A stretch of 64,000 bases of DNA from Candidatus Latescibacterota bacterium. GTDB taxonomy: Bacteria > Latescibacterota > UBA2968. The position numbers and the translations under genes were made by a program. Position 1 is the first letter of the stretch; each line of letters starts with the position of its first letter. This document shows positions 30,705 to 40,298 of this stretch, one piece after another. The stretch lies in contig OZ242010.1 of NCBI GenBank assembly GCA_965204745.1, positions 3,648,001 through 3,712,000 on the forward strand. The letters are read 5' to 3'. The notes beneath the pieces were generated by a model. It was not told the DNA's origin, ran no database searches, and worked only from the letters and a program-made list of their open reading frames with translations.

Positions 30705-31035
30705 ATGCGAATAAAGCGTTGCATCCATTTATTGGGACCTACCCCCCTGGCCCCCCTTCCTCACAGAAAGGGGGGAATGGCGAGAGGTTGTGCGAGGGGT
30801 TTGGGTTTCTAGGGCGTGATCTATTCGCTCAAAGCCATCAGAACAGCTAGGGAGACAAACCTTCAAAAAGCCATGCGCTCCCCCTTTCCTTGTAGGAAAG
30901 GGGGCCGGGGGGATAGGTCCTACGAGAAAGGGGAAGAACATCTCTCGTTGCGGAGATGCGCCGGATGACTCGTCCATGTCTTTGGGCGATTGGTCTCGGC
31001 TTGCTTCCTACTCGCTTTCTACTCTTTATTCGCAT
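30705..31035 (+). mobile_element. MITE-like element with TIRs, inserted in a heptamer array
   Basis: ATGCGAATAAAG...CTTTATTCGCAT flanked by TGACA on both sides; no long ORF. Confidence 0.75.
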
Positions 31036-31078
31036 TGACAACTGACCACTGACAACTACCTTCCCAAAGAAACTCCCC

Positions 31079-32527
31079 ATGAAAAAACTCATCCTCCTCA
31101 TCCTCCTCATCCTCCTCACCAGCGCGCCGCTTCGGGCTGATGAAGTCCAGCGCCAAACTGCTGTGAACGCGATGGTGAAGGCCACGCGCTATTTTCGCAC
31201 GCATGTCGCCACAAATGGCGGGTACTTGTGGCGGTACAAAACCGACTTCTCCCTGCGCGAGGGCGAAGGTACGGCGTCTGCCACTACGATTTGGGTGCAA
31301 CCCCCCGGCACGCCTTCGGTGGGCATGGCCTTGCTCGCGGCGTATGAAGCCACGCGCGATACCCTGTTTCTCAATGGCGCGGTGGATGCGGCGCACGCGC
31401 TCGCTTGGGGGCAACTCGCGTCGGGCGGTTGGGATTATCGCATCGAGTTTGACGCGGGCCAAAGCAACCGCTGGCACTATCGCCGGGATCTTGAGCGGGG
31501 CGATATACAGACAGATGACCGCCGCAATCGCACCACGTTAGACGACAACACCACGCAAAGCGCGTTGCAACTGCTGATGCGCGTCGACAAAACACTCGGG
31601 TTCGAGGATGCGAAAATCCACAGGGTCGTGCAATTTGGCCTCGACGCCCTGCTCAAAGCGCAGTATCCAAATGGCGCGTGGCCGCAGCGGTTTGAAGCGT
31701 TTCCGGATCCGGAAAAGTTTCCAATCAAAAAAGCGCGTTACCCCAAAACCTGGCCGCGAACCCATCCGGATACGCGCTATGTGGATTATTACACGTTCAA
31801 CGACAATGCGATTGCCGACGTGATTGAGACGATGATCGAAGCCCACGCGATTTACGGCGATGCGCGCTATTTGGACGCGGCCATACGCGGAGGTGATTTC
31901 ATGTTGCTCGCGCAGATGCCCGCGCCACAACCCGCGTGGGCGCAACAGTACAATCTGGACATGGAGCCGACTTGGGCGCGGCGATTTGAACCGCCGGCCA
32001 TCACCGGGTGCGAGAGTTTTGGGGTTATGCAAACGCTGTTGGACTTGTACATTCAAACTGGGATGCAACGCTTTCTCGATCCCATTCCCCCCGCGCTCGA
32101 TTGGGCCAAACGCTCGCGCTTGGCCGATGGGCGCATAGCCCGTTTTTACGAACTCCAGACCAATCGCCCCCTGTATTTTACCCGCGATTACGCGCTCACG
32201 TACAGCGACGCGGACCTGCCCACGCATTACGCATTCAAGGTGGGTGGCAGCCGGCTCGAGCGGACCGAGAACTTGTACCAGCGCGTCAAAGCAGAAGGCA
32301 GGGAAACGCTATTGGCAGAACGCGGCCGCGTCTCGGCGCCAAGTGTCGAACAAGTACGACAAATCATCGCCGCACTCGACGACCAAAACCGCTGGGTGGA
32401 ACGCGGCTCCTTGCGAAATCCACACAATCGGCGGGAACGCATCGCCGCAGAAATTCTCTCGTGCCGCACGTTCAACCGCAATCTCGAAGTGCTGGCGCGC
32501 TATGTCAAAGGACGAACAGACGAATAG
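31079..32527 (+). CDS. Secreted pectate lyase PL10/PelA-like protein
   Basis: Signal peptide; TLDDNTT, AQYPNGAWPQ, TFND and WAQQY..ARRFEPPA motifs. Confidence 0.8.
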   Translation: MKKLILLILLILLTSAPLRADEVQRQTAVNAMVKATRYFRTHVATNGGYLWRYKTDFSLREGEGTASATTIWVQPPGTPSVGMALLAAYEATRDTLFLNGAVDAAHALAWGQLASGGWDYRIEFDAGQSNRWHYRRDLERGDIQTDDRRNRTTLDDNTTQSALQLLMRVDKTLGFEDAKIHRVVQFGLDALLKAQYPNGAWPQRFEAFPDPEKFPIKKARYPKTWPRTHPDTRYVDYYTFNDNAIADVIETMIEAHAIYGDARYLDAAIRGGDFMLLAQMPAPQPAWAQQYNLDMEPTWARRFEPPAITGCESFGVMQTLLDLYIQTGMQRFLDPIPPALDWAKRSRLADGRIARFYELQTNRPLYFTRDYALTYSDADLPTHYAFKVGGSRLERTENLYQRVKAEGRETLLAERGRVSAPSVEQVRQIIAALDDQNRWVERGSLRNPHNRRERIAAEILSCRTFNRNLEVLARYVKGRTDE

Positions 32528-32624
32528 ACGAATCTGTGTCTTTGAACTAGGTCGTGTTGACATTTTATTTTTTTAGGTCACGCACAGATTAGCAAATGTG
32601 TTGCTTGCTCATTTAATGCGTTTC

Positions 32625-32900
32625 CTTTGATGGCTTCTATCTCTGGTTGCTCTGATGGCGGTGCGCGTGGGGACTATCCCCCGGCCCCTTTCCTACGAGG
32701 AAAGGGGAGTAAAGTGCCTTTGATGGCTTCTCGCTCTGGGTTGCTCTGATGGCGGTGCGCGAGGGCATAAAGCGATTAAATATCCCTCATCAATCCCCTC
32801 GCAAAACCGCTCACAGTTCCCCCTTCCTCACAGGCACAGGCGTAGCCTACAACGAAGCGAAGCGAGTAACGGGGGTTAGGGGGGTAGGTCCCGATAAGGA
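32625..32900. repeat. Composite REP-like repeat cluster
   Basis: Closely similar to 14135-14460. Confidence 0.85.
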
Positions 32901-32902
32901 GC

Positions 32903-32990
32903 GACTGTTCCAGTTTCTCAAATCGAGAGCATATCCTGAGATAGGGCTTGATTTTCTCGATAAACCGCTCAAGCCGGTGCATGGCTCGTA
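32903..32990 (-). pseudogene. Possible degenerate IS5 (IS427-group) transposase C-terminal remnant
   Basis: HRLERFIEKIKPYLRICSRFEKL resembles the ER.F.KIK.YRRI.SRFEKL motif. Confidence 0.4.
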
Positions 32991-33102
32991 AATGTCAACA
33001 TAACCTAGTCAGCCCCCACACGACAACCCCGAACCCGATGCAATTTGATGAGCGGCTATGGCGATTGTACTCCGCTCCGTTGATTCGTAAATAGGAGAAA
33101 CT

Positions 33103-33495
33103 ATGCCCCGCCTCTATTTCGCGGCACTTTTCAGCCTGTTGATGGCGTGTCAGGATCCGCCAGCGCAAAAAGCCGAACCGCCTCAACGCCCGCAATTCAC
33201 TGCGGCAGAGCTCGAAAAGGGTCAGGCCCTATACACAAAATACGGGTGTGCGGTTTGCCACGGGCGCAATGGCCGCGGCAATGGGCAGATCGCGCGCACG
33301 CTCAACCCCAGGCCCCGCGACTTTCACGATCCCACGGTGTACAAATACGGTCGCTCGGTCGAGGCTGTTTCGCGCACCATCCTCAACGGCGCGCTCAATG
33401 AACGGGGCATGGGCATGCCGGGCTATCCCCAAATCCCAGAAGAAGAACGCAGGGCTATCGCCGCGTTTATCGTCTCCCTCCAGGGTCAGGATTAA
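33103..33495 (+). CDS. Monoheme cytochrome c lipoprotein
   Basis: Lipobox-like LMAC, CAVCH heme motif, distal GMP. Confidence 0.88.
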   Translation: MPRLYFAALFSLLMACQDPPAQKAEPPQRPQFTAAELEKGQALYTKYGCAVCHGRNGRGNGQIARTLNPRPRDFHDPTVYKYGRSVEAVSRTILNGALNERGMGMPGYPQIPEEERRAIAAFIVSLQGQD

Positions 33496-33506
33496 AGGAT
33501 TTTTAG

Positions 33507-33950
33507 ATGTACCTCCTTTTCTTAATCGTGCTTTTGGGGATGGGATGCGAGGGACAGGACGCGACCTATCTCACCATCAAAAACCCACGGGTGCGCGAGA
33601 ACATTCCACCGCAGAGGATCACGGCGGCGTATGTGTCGATCCACAATCGCGGGCCGGCAACCGCGCTCATCTCTGCATCCACGCCCGCGGCTGAGGTCGC
33701 AGAAATCCATGTGATGACCACCGATGGCAATATGATGCGGATGAAAAAAATCAACCGGTTGCCCATCCCGGCACGCGGCTCGGCAACCCTACAACCCGGC
33801 GGCAATCACCTCATGCTCATCGGCCTCAAGCGCGACCTGACACCGGGCGATTCCCTCGCCCTCACCCTCACCTTCGCAAATGACCACGTACAGACGGTCT
33901 GGGCACACATCCTTTCAACTTCACAGATAAACGCAGATGGACACAGATAG
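33507..33950 (+). CDS. Copper chaperone PCu(A)C
   Basis: EIHVM..MMRM..PGGNHLML motif. Confidence 0.9.
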   Translation: MYLLFLIVLLGMGCEGQDATYLTIKNPRVRENIPPQRITAAYVSIHNRGPATALISASTPAAEVAEIHVMTTDGNMMRMKKINRLPIPARGSATLQPGGNHLMLIGLKRDLTPGDSLALTLTFANDHVQTVWAHILSTSQINADGHR

Positions 33951-34878
33951 AATGCAAAAAATCAAAGTATTATTTTTTTCGCACCTGTCAGGGCAACGAT
34001 GGATCGGTCAACACACCCGTCAGGGCAACGATGGATCGGTCAACGCACCCGGCGGCGTGGGGATAGGTTGGAAACGCACAAGGCGGCGCAGAGGTAGGTT
34101 GGGCACGCACATGGCGGCGCGGTGGCGAGGTTGGGCACGTACAAGGCGGCGTGGTGGCAGGACAGGGAACGCACAAGGCGGCGTGGTGGCAGGACAGGGA
34201 ACGCACAAGGCGGCGTGGCGGCGAGGCGGGGAACGCACAAGGCGGCGAGGCGGCAGGACAGGGAACGCACAAGGCGGCGAGGCGGCGAGGCGGGGCCTGC
34301 TCTTTACACTCTGCACCCTACACTTGTTTTTAGTCGCCTGTCAACCCCTTGAACGCACGCCGCAAGTCGATTCCGATCTCGCGCTTTCCGCTGAACCGTA
34401 TGCTTTTGGGGGCGATTTTACGCTGATCGATCACGATGGCAATGCCTTCCGCTTGGCGGAGCAACAGCGTCCGTTTTTCCTCTTTTTGGGCTATGCGAGT
34501 TGTCCGGATGCCTGCCCGCAAACGCTGGCGCGTCTCGCCCGCGTGTACGCGCTTTTGGGCGAGGAGGCACGCGATCTCGGCACGCTTTTTGTCAGCGTGG
34601 ATGCCGAACGCGATTCGCCCGCTGTGCTCAAAACCTATTTGTCGCACTTTGACGTGCCCGCCATTGGCCTGACCGGGGCGCAGGATAGTATTGACGCGGT
34701 GGTCAAACGCTATGCTGCCCACTATGAAATCAACGATCAGGCATCCGCCGCGGGGTATCTCATCGACCATTCGCTCTACATCTACCTCATCGATCAACAC
34801 GGCGATTCGCGCTTCTTCTTTCGCCCCTCGCATACCGCCGAAGAAATCGCCACCGTCGCCCGACAGTTGTTTCGCTAA
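33937..34878 (+). CDS. SCO family copper chaperone (true start uncertain; 5' end occupied by a repeat array)
   Basis: GGDFTLIDH, CPDAC and IDHS motifs; lipobox LVAC near 34330. Confidence 0.85.
   Translation: MDTDRMQKIKVLFFSHLSGQRWIGQHTRQGNDGSVNAPGGVGIGWKRTRRRRGRLGTHMAARWRGWARTRRRGGRTGNAQGGVVAGQGTHKAAWRRGGERTRRRGGRTGNAQGGEAARRGLLFTLCTLHLFLVACQPLERTPQVDSDLALSAEPYAFGGDFTLIDHDGNAFRLAEQQRPFFLFLGYASCPDACPQTLARLARVYALLGEEARDLGTLFVSVDAERDSPAVLKTYLSHFDVPAIGLTGAQDSIDAVVKRYAAHYEINDQASAAGYLIDHSLYIYLIDQHGDSRFFFRPSHTAEEIATVARQLFR
33981..34297 (+). repeat. 31-32-bp tandem array, about 10 units with graded divergence
   Basis: GCACAAGGCGGCGTGGTGGCAGGACAGGGAAC-type units. Confidence 0.9.
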
Positions 34879-34913
34879 CGCTCAACCCTTCACGATAACA
34901 AAGGAGTGCGACC

Positions 34914-35126
34914 TTGATTACCGTCCATTTACCTTCTGAAATCGAGCAACGCATTGCGGACCTCGCCGCTCGAACTGGCCGTACCGAGACATTCTACATT
35001 GAGGAAGCCATCATGGAATACTTGGATGAACTGGAAGATAAATACTTGGCATTAAATCGCTTGGAGAATCCCACCAAACGCTGGACATTGGATGAAATGG
35101 AGCAAGGCATTGACAGTTGCGTTTGA
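34914..35126 (+). CDS. RelB/CopG-type antitoxin (orphan)
   Basis: AAGGAG RBS; LAARTGRT..FYI.EAI.EYLDELED.YLA pattern. Confidence 0.8.
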   Translation: MITVHLPSEIEQRIADLAARTGRTETFYIEEAIMEYLDELEDKYLALNRLENPTKRWTLDEMEQGIDSCV

Positions 35127-36237
35127 CAACCGCGCTGTGCCGCCCACAGAGGGGATCAAGTATGCGGGGTCTAAGTTGAAGCTCCTTCCGCATATCTTGC
35201 AACTGGCCGCAAAGGTCGGGGCGAAGACGGTGTTGGATGGGTTCTCGGGGACGACAAGGGTGTCGCAGGCACTCGCCAGATCGGGGTATGCGGTCGTCTG
35301 CAACGATATTGCCGCGTGGTCTGAAATTTTTGGGATGTGCTATTTGCTCAATCAAAAGAAGCGGTCGGATTACCAACCGCTCATCGATCACCTCAATGCC
35401 GTGCGGCCCGTGGATGGATGGTTCACGCAACACTATGGCGGATATCCCAACGAGGGTTGCGCGATTCAGCGCGATGGGCGCAAGCGGCCATGGCAGATTC
35501 ACAACACCCGAAAGCTGGATGCGATTCGGGAGGAGATCGAGGCCCTCGCGCTCGATCCCGTCGATAAGGCCGTGGCACTGACGAGCCTAATTTTGGCACT
35601 CGACCGCGTGGATAGTAGCCTCGGGCACTTTGTCTCGTATCTCAAAGACTGGTCCCCGCGCTCCTACAAAAAACTCGAACTCAAAGTGCCATCTGTCTTT
35701 CCGTCCTCTGGGGAACATCGCGTGTTCCGAAAGGACATTTTTGACCTCGCGCCGCGCATCGACACGGACTTGGCGTATTTCGATCCGCCGTATGGATCGA
35801 ACAATGAGAAAATGCCGCCATCGCGCGTGCGCTATGCGTCTTATTACCACGTCTGGACGAGCGTCATTCTCTACGATAAACCCGCCCTTTTCGGCAGGGC
35901 CAATCGCCGCGTTGATACGTCTGACCCGGTGGCGGCATCCGCGTTTGAGGAGTTCAGACGCAACGCAAATGGTCGCTTCATCGCGGTCGAAGCCATTGAG
36001 AAACTCATCGCTACGACGCGAGCGCGCCATGTCATCTTGTCGTACAGTTCTGGAGGCAGGGCAACAGCCAAAGCGTTGAACGACGCGATGCAATGTCACG
36101 GCAGGCTTTTGGATGTGGTCGCGATCAATTATCAGAAAAACGTGATGGCGGGCATGACGTGGACGCACGAATGGCTACGAGAGGTCGATCACCCAAACCG
36201 AGAGTTCTTGTTCTTGCTCGAAAAGCAACGTGCTTGA
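35092..36237 (+). CDS. DNA adenine methyltransferase (D12/alpha class)
   Basis: IKYAGSK, VLDGFSGT and YFDPPY motifs; start may be TTG at 35110. Confidence 0.9.
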   Translation: MKWSKALTVAFDNRAVPPTEGIKYAGSKLKLLPHILQLAAKVGAKTVLDGFSGTTRVSQALARSGYAVVCNDIAAWSEIFGMCYLLNQKKRSDYQPLIDHLNAVRPVDGWFTQHYGGYPNEGCAIQRDGRKRPWQIHNTRKLDAIREEIEALALDPVDKAVALTSLILALDRVDSSLGHFVSYLKDWSPRSYKKLELKVPSVFPSSGEHRVFRKDIFDLAPRIDTDLAYFDPPYGSNNEKMPPSRVRYASYYHVWTSVILYDKPALFGRANRRVDTSDPVAASAFEEFRRNANGRFIAVEAIEKLIATTRARHVILSYSSGGRATAKALNDAMQCHGRLLDVVAINYQKNVMAGMTWTHEWLREVDHPNREFLFLLEKQRA

Positions 36238-36311
36238 AGGAACGAAGTCAGTAAAAGCGCGAAAGGGAAAACCACCGATGGGCGTACGAGGACAGGTACA
36301 GGGGCCTGTCC

Positions 36312-36443
36312 CCGCGCACCACCTGGCCCAACCCAACCGAATACGACGCCCGCGCCGCGCACTTGGCTCGGCTATTTAAGGAAAATTTCGCGCAATTTGA
36401 AACCGGCGTCTCGGATAAAATCCTCCGCGCAGGGCCTGTGTGA
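36312..36443 (+). pseudogene. pckA: 3' remnant of ATP-dependent PEP carboxykinase
   Basis: PRTTWPNPTEYDARAAHLARLFKENFAQF..ILRAGP matches the PckA C-terminus; no start codon. Confidence 0.7.
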
Positions 36444-36531
36444 TACCAAATATTGGAACACCTCAACCCGTTTTCAGAGGGGAATTTCGGCATGGTTGCA
36501 AATGAAACAAAAGTCATCTTGAGAAAGAGAT

Positions 36532-37512
36532 ATGATTGAACGATACTCAAACGCCATTATTCAAGGCGATTGTTTAGAATTGCTAAAAACAATGCCCGAT
36601 AACTCGGTAGATGTCGCGTTTGCGGACCCACCCTTTAACCTCAAAAAATCCTACAATAGCTACAAAGATCGCCGAAAACTCCGAGAATATTTGGACTGGT
36701 GCGAACTTTGGATAACCGAAATGGTTCGCATTGCCAAACCAACGGGCAGTATTTTTGTCCACAACATACCGAAATGGCTCACATTTTATACGGCGTATCT
36801 GAATAAAATTGCCGATTTCAAGCACTGGATAAGTTGGGACGCGCCGACCGCACCAATGGGAAAAACCCTGCAACCCTCGCATTATGGGATTTTATTTTAC
36901 GCCAAAGACATCGAACAATTGAAATTTTATGAAATTCGTTATCCGCACAAACGCACGCGAAAAGAAGGGCTATTGGCAAAAGATTACGGCGGCAAAAAAA
37001 GACTCTTACACCCATTCGGCCCTCTCGTGTCCGATGTGTGGACGGATATTCACAGGGTCAAGCACAATAAATACAGAGACAAACACCCCTGCCAGTTGCC
37101 CATACATTTATTGGAACGCATCATTTTAATGTCCTCAGATGAGGGCGATATCATTCTCGATCCCTTTAGTGGCACGGGCACAACGGCGTTGGCTGCCAAG
37201 CGTTTGGGCAGAAATTTCATCGGTTTTGAATTGGACGACAAATACGTTGAAATAACGCAAAATAAACTTTTGCAAGAGAAGATGAGCTCGAAATTGGGTC
37301 GCTGTTGGGTCAGTTTTTATCTGGATAAATTGGTCACCTTAAGAGACGAAGATTGGAATGACATAAAAGAATTTTTCCACATTCCATCTCAAATTGAAAA
37401 GATAGATCTCATGCCGATTGTCTTAAAATCAAACGCGGCGAGTTCCATATCTTCCGAAAAAAATGGGAATAATCGCAAAGACGCGCTCCAAGAAGAACTC
37501 ACATTGTCTTAG
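36532..37512 (+). CDS. Site-specific DNA methyltransferase (N4/N6, beta class)
   Basis: ADPPFN precedes HPCQLP..LDPFSGTGTT; AT-richer than flanks. Confidence 0.9.
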   Translation: MIERYSNAIIQGDCLELLKTMPDNSVDVAFADPPFNLKKSYNSYKDRRKLREYLDWCELWITEMVRIAKPTGSIFVHNIPKWLTFYTAYLNKIADFKHWISWDAPTAPMGKTLQPSHYGILFYAKDIEQLKFYEIRYPHKRTRKEGLLAKDYGGKKRLLHPFGPLVSDVWTDIHRVKHNKYRDKHPCQLPIHLLERIILMSSDEGDIILDPFSGTGTTALAAKRLGRNFIGFELDDKYVEITQNKLLQEKMSSKLGRCWVSFYLDKLVTLRDEDWNDIKEFFHIPSQIEKIDLMPIVLKSNAASSISSEKNGNNRKDALQEELTLS

Positions 37513-37557
37513 CGCGCGACTAGACGCCCCCCGCTGACCGCTTGGAGGCTTGGGATT

Positions 37558-37659
37558 AACTGACAACTGACAACTGACAACTGACAACTGACAACTGACA
37601 ACTGACAACTGACAACTGACAACTGACAACTGACAACTGACAACTGACAACTGACAACT
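37558..37659 (+). repeat. (AACTGAC)14 perfect heptamer array
   Basis: About 14.5 perfect copies. Confidence 0.97.
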
Positions 37660-37746
37660 TGAGAGGAACAGCGCGGTGGCCTTCTCCCGTCTCCCCTCTT
37701 GCCTCTTGCCTCTCCCGTCTTCCCTCTACCCTCTTCCCTTCACCTC

Positions 37747-38499
37747 ATGTCTCCAATCCTCTTTGAATACGGCCCCCTTCGCATCGGCGTTTACGGCACA
37801 ATGCTCGCCGTGGGGTTCCTTTTTGCATCGTGGGTGCTCAAGCGCGAATTTCGGCGGCGTGCGCTCGATCCCGCGCTGTCGGACCGCATTGCGTTTGCCG
37901 CGGTGATCGGCGGCCCTGTGGGCAGCAAAATTTTTCACGTCCTTGAATATCCCCACGCCTTTGTCGCCGATCCCTTTGGCACGGTTTTTTCCACGCTGGG
38001 TTGGGCGTGGTATGGCGGGTTTTTGGGTGGCGCGGCTCTCGTGCTCCTCGCGCTTCGCCGGCACAACGCCTTGAATTGGTCCGCTTTGGACGCGTTCGCG
38101 CCGGCCCTTGTCGTGGGCTACTTTTTTGGCCGCGGGGGGTGCGAACTCTCCGGCGATGGATGCTATGGCATGCCCACTGATCTGCCGTGGGGCAAAGCCT
38201 ATCCCAAGGGCCTCGTGCCCACAGTTGAAGTCGTACATCCCACGCCGATTTACGAAATGATCCAGATGGTCTGCATTTTCGGCATTTTGTGGGCCTTGCG
38301 CGGTCGTCTCAAACCCGGTGTGACTTTTGGCCTATATCTCGTTTTGATGGCCCTCGCCCGGTTCGCTGTCGAATTTGTCCGCCTCACGCCCGAAGTTTTT
38401 TTGTTTCTCACTGTGCATCAATGGGTCAGCATCGGCCTCGTGCTCGCCGGGCTTTACATCGTCGCGTCGTGTCGAAACAAAAATTCTATCCGAGGATAA
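37747..38499 (+). CDS. lgt: Prolipoprotein diacylglyceryl transferase
   Basis: WYGGFLG, FGRGGC..GDGCYG.PTDLPW, HPTPIYE and RFAVEFVR motifs. Confidence 0.9.
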   Translation: MSPILFEYGPLRIGVYGTMLAVGFLFASWVLKREFRRRALDPALSDRIAFAAVIGGPVGSKIFHVLEYPHAFVADPFGTVFSTLGWAWYGGFLGGAALVLLALRRHNALNWSALDAFAPALVVGYFFGRGGCELSGDGCYGMPTDLPWGKAYPKGLVPTVEVVHPTPIYEMIQMVCIFGILWALRGRLKPGVTFGLYLVLMALARFAVEFVRLTPEVFLFLTVHQWVSIGLVLAGLYIVASCRNKNSIRG

Positions 38500-38630
38500 A
38501 ACGAGCCGTCTCCCATGCCCGTTCATCTGCAACAAAGGACGAGTCGTTGGGGTGGTGAAGCTATAGCGATTGACAAAGGGCGAGATATTTTTTTCATTTT
38601 CACCTTGACCCCCACACCTCGAACGCAATT

Positions 38631-40127
38631 ATGGACATTCGATTTTACAATACCCTGACCAATCGCACGGAAATTTTTGAACCGCTCGATCCCCCGCATG
38701 TGGCGATGTATTCCTGCGGTCCAACCGTGTACGATTTTGCCCACATCGGCAACTTCAAATCCTTTTTGTTCTCGGACGTGCTCCGCCGCTTCTTGGAACT
38801 GGCCGGGTACCGCGTCGCCCATGTTATGAACATCACGGACGTGGGGCACATGACCGACGATGATGTGGCCGATGCCACGGGCGAAGACAAAATCGCGGTG
38901 GCTGCGCGCAAACTCAAAGAAGCAAAAAAATCCGGCGCCCTGCCCGATGGGATTTCCAACCCGGACGACCCGTATCAGATCGCGCAATACTTCACGGACG
39001 CATTCGTTCAAGACGCCCGCGCACTCGGCATCAAAGTCGCGCACGATTATCCGCGCAACATGCCTCGGCCCACCGAACACATCGACGCCATTCAAGCGAT
39101 GATCCAAACGCTCTTGGCCAAGGGCCACGCGTACATCGCCGATGATGGCGTGGTTTATTTTAGCGTGCGATCCTTCCCCGAATACGGCAGGCTCTCGGGC
39201 AATGACGTGGCCCAACTCGTCGCCGGATCGGGCGGGCGCGTCTTGGAAGAACACCAAGTTGCCAAGCGCGACTCCGCGGATTTCTTCCTGTGGAAACCCG
39301 ATCCATCCCACATCATGAAATGGCCTTCACCTTGGGGCGAGGGCTATCCGGGCTGGCACATCGAATGCTCGGCGATGGCGATGAAATTGTTGCGCCGCGA
39401 GGTGATCGACATCCACACCGGAGGCGAGGACAATATTTTTCCGCACCACGAATGCGAAATTGCCCAATCGCGCTGTGCCACGGGCCAATCGCATTTTGCC
39501 AAGTACTGGATTCACCCGCGCTATTTGATGGTCGAAGGCAAAAAAATGTCCAAGAGCAAGGGCAATTTTTTCACGGTGCGAGACGTGCTCGAGGGCGAAG
39601 TCACCGGGCGGCGGGTTCACCCGGCTGTTCTGCGCTACGAACTCATCAAGACGCACTACCGCACGCAGACCAATTTCACGCAAAAAGGCATTCGAGACTC
39701 GGCCAATGCGGTGCGCCGGTTTTGCGAATTTGGTCAGAATCTCGCCACAGCAACACAGGGCAACGCGGTCGAGGTGGATAACGCGCATCCGGTCATCGCC
39801 GATTTTCTCAACGCACTCGCCAACGACCTCAACATCAGCGCGGCCCTCGCGGTCGTCCACACCTGGATGGGGCAAAAAGTAGCGGACGCGCCCGAAGCCT
39901 TGGGCGTGTTCGACAAAATCAACGGGGTGCTCGGCATTGCCGATCTGTCCGATTCATCACCATCGTCAGCCACGGACACCAGCGCGGCCCTGTGCAAACA
40001 AATCGACGCGGCCCGCGCAGCCAAGAATTACGACGTCGCAGACCGGTTGCGCCAAGAACTCATCGACGCGGGCTACGAAGTGCGCTCCACGCCCGAGGGC
40101 ACAGTCGCGGTGAAGAAGTTGGCGTAG
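38631..40127 (+). CDS. cysS: Cysteine--tRNA ligase
   Basis: CGPTVY, HIGN, GWHIECS and KMSKS motifs. Confidence 0.97.
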   Translation: MDIRFYNTLTNRTEIFEPLDPPHVAMYSCGPTVYDFAHIGNFKSFLFSDVLRRFLELAGYRVAHVMNITDVGHMTDDDVADATGEDKIAVAARKLKEAKKSGALPDGISNPDDPYQIAQYFTDAFVQDARALGIKVAHDYPRNMPRPTEHIDAIQAMIQTLLAKGHAYIADDGVVYFSVRSFPEYGRLSGNDVAQLVAGSGGRVLEEHQVAKRDSADFFLWKPDPSHIMKWPSPWGEGYPGWHIECSAMAMKLLRREVIDIHTGGEDNIFPHHECEIAQSRCATGQSHFAKYWIHPRYLMVEGKKMSKSKGNFFTVRDVLEGEVTGRRVHPAVLRYELIKTHYRTQTNFTQKGIRDSANAVRRFCEFGQNLATATQGNAVEVDNAHPVIADFLNALANDLNISAALAVVHTWMGQKVADAPEALGVFDKINGVLGIADLSDSSPSSATDTSAALCKQIDAARAAKNYDVADRLRQELIDAGYEVRSTPEGTVAVKKLA

Positions 40128-40298
40128 CCCTATCCACATTAGTTGCAGAGACAACCCCGTGCCTATCCTCTACCTAGCGGCGGCCTGACCACTGATTCCT
40201 TGAGCGGGATAGCGCGGCTCCCTTCTCGCCTCTCCCGTCTGCCCTCTTACCGAAGGGCGGCTGGGCGGGCGGCCTGACCACTTCGGACGAGAAACGAC

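Noticed and set aside
33981-34297. Possible CRISPR array
   Set aside because: Units are contiguous and mutually similar, with no unique spacers and no cas operon
37429-37650. SVVSCQL-repeat ORFs (also near 41928-42183 and 30408-30728)
   Set aside because: Translations of heptamer microsatellites; no RBS or domain content
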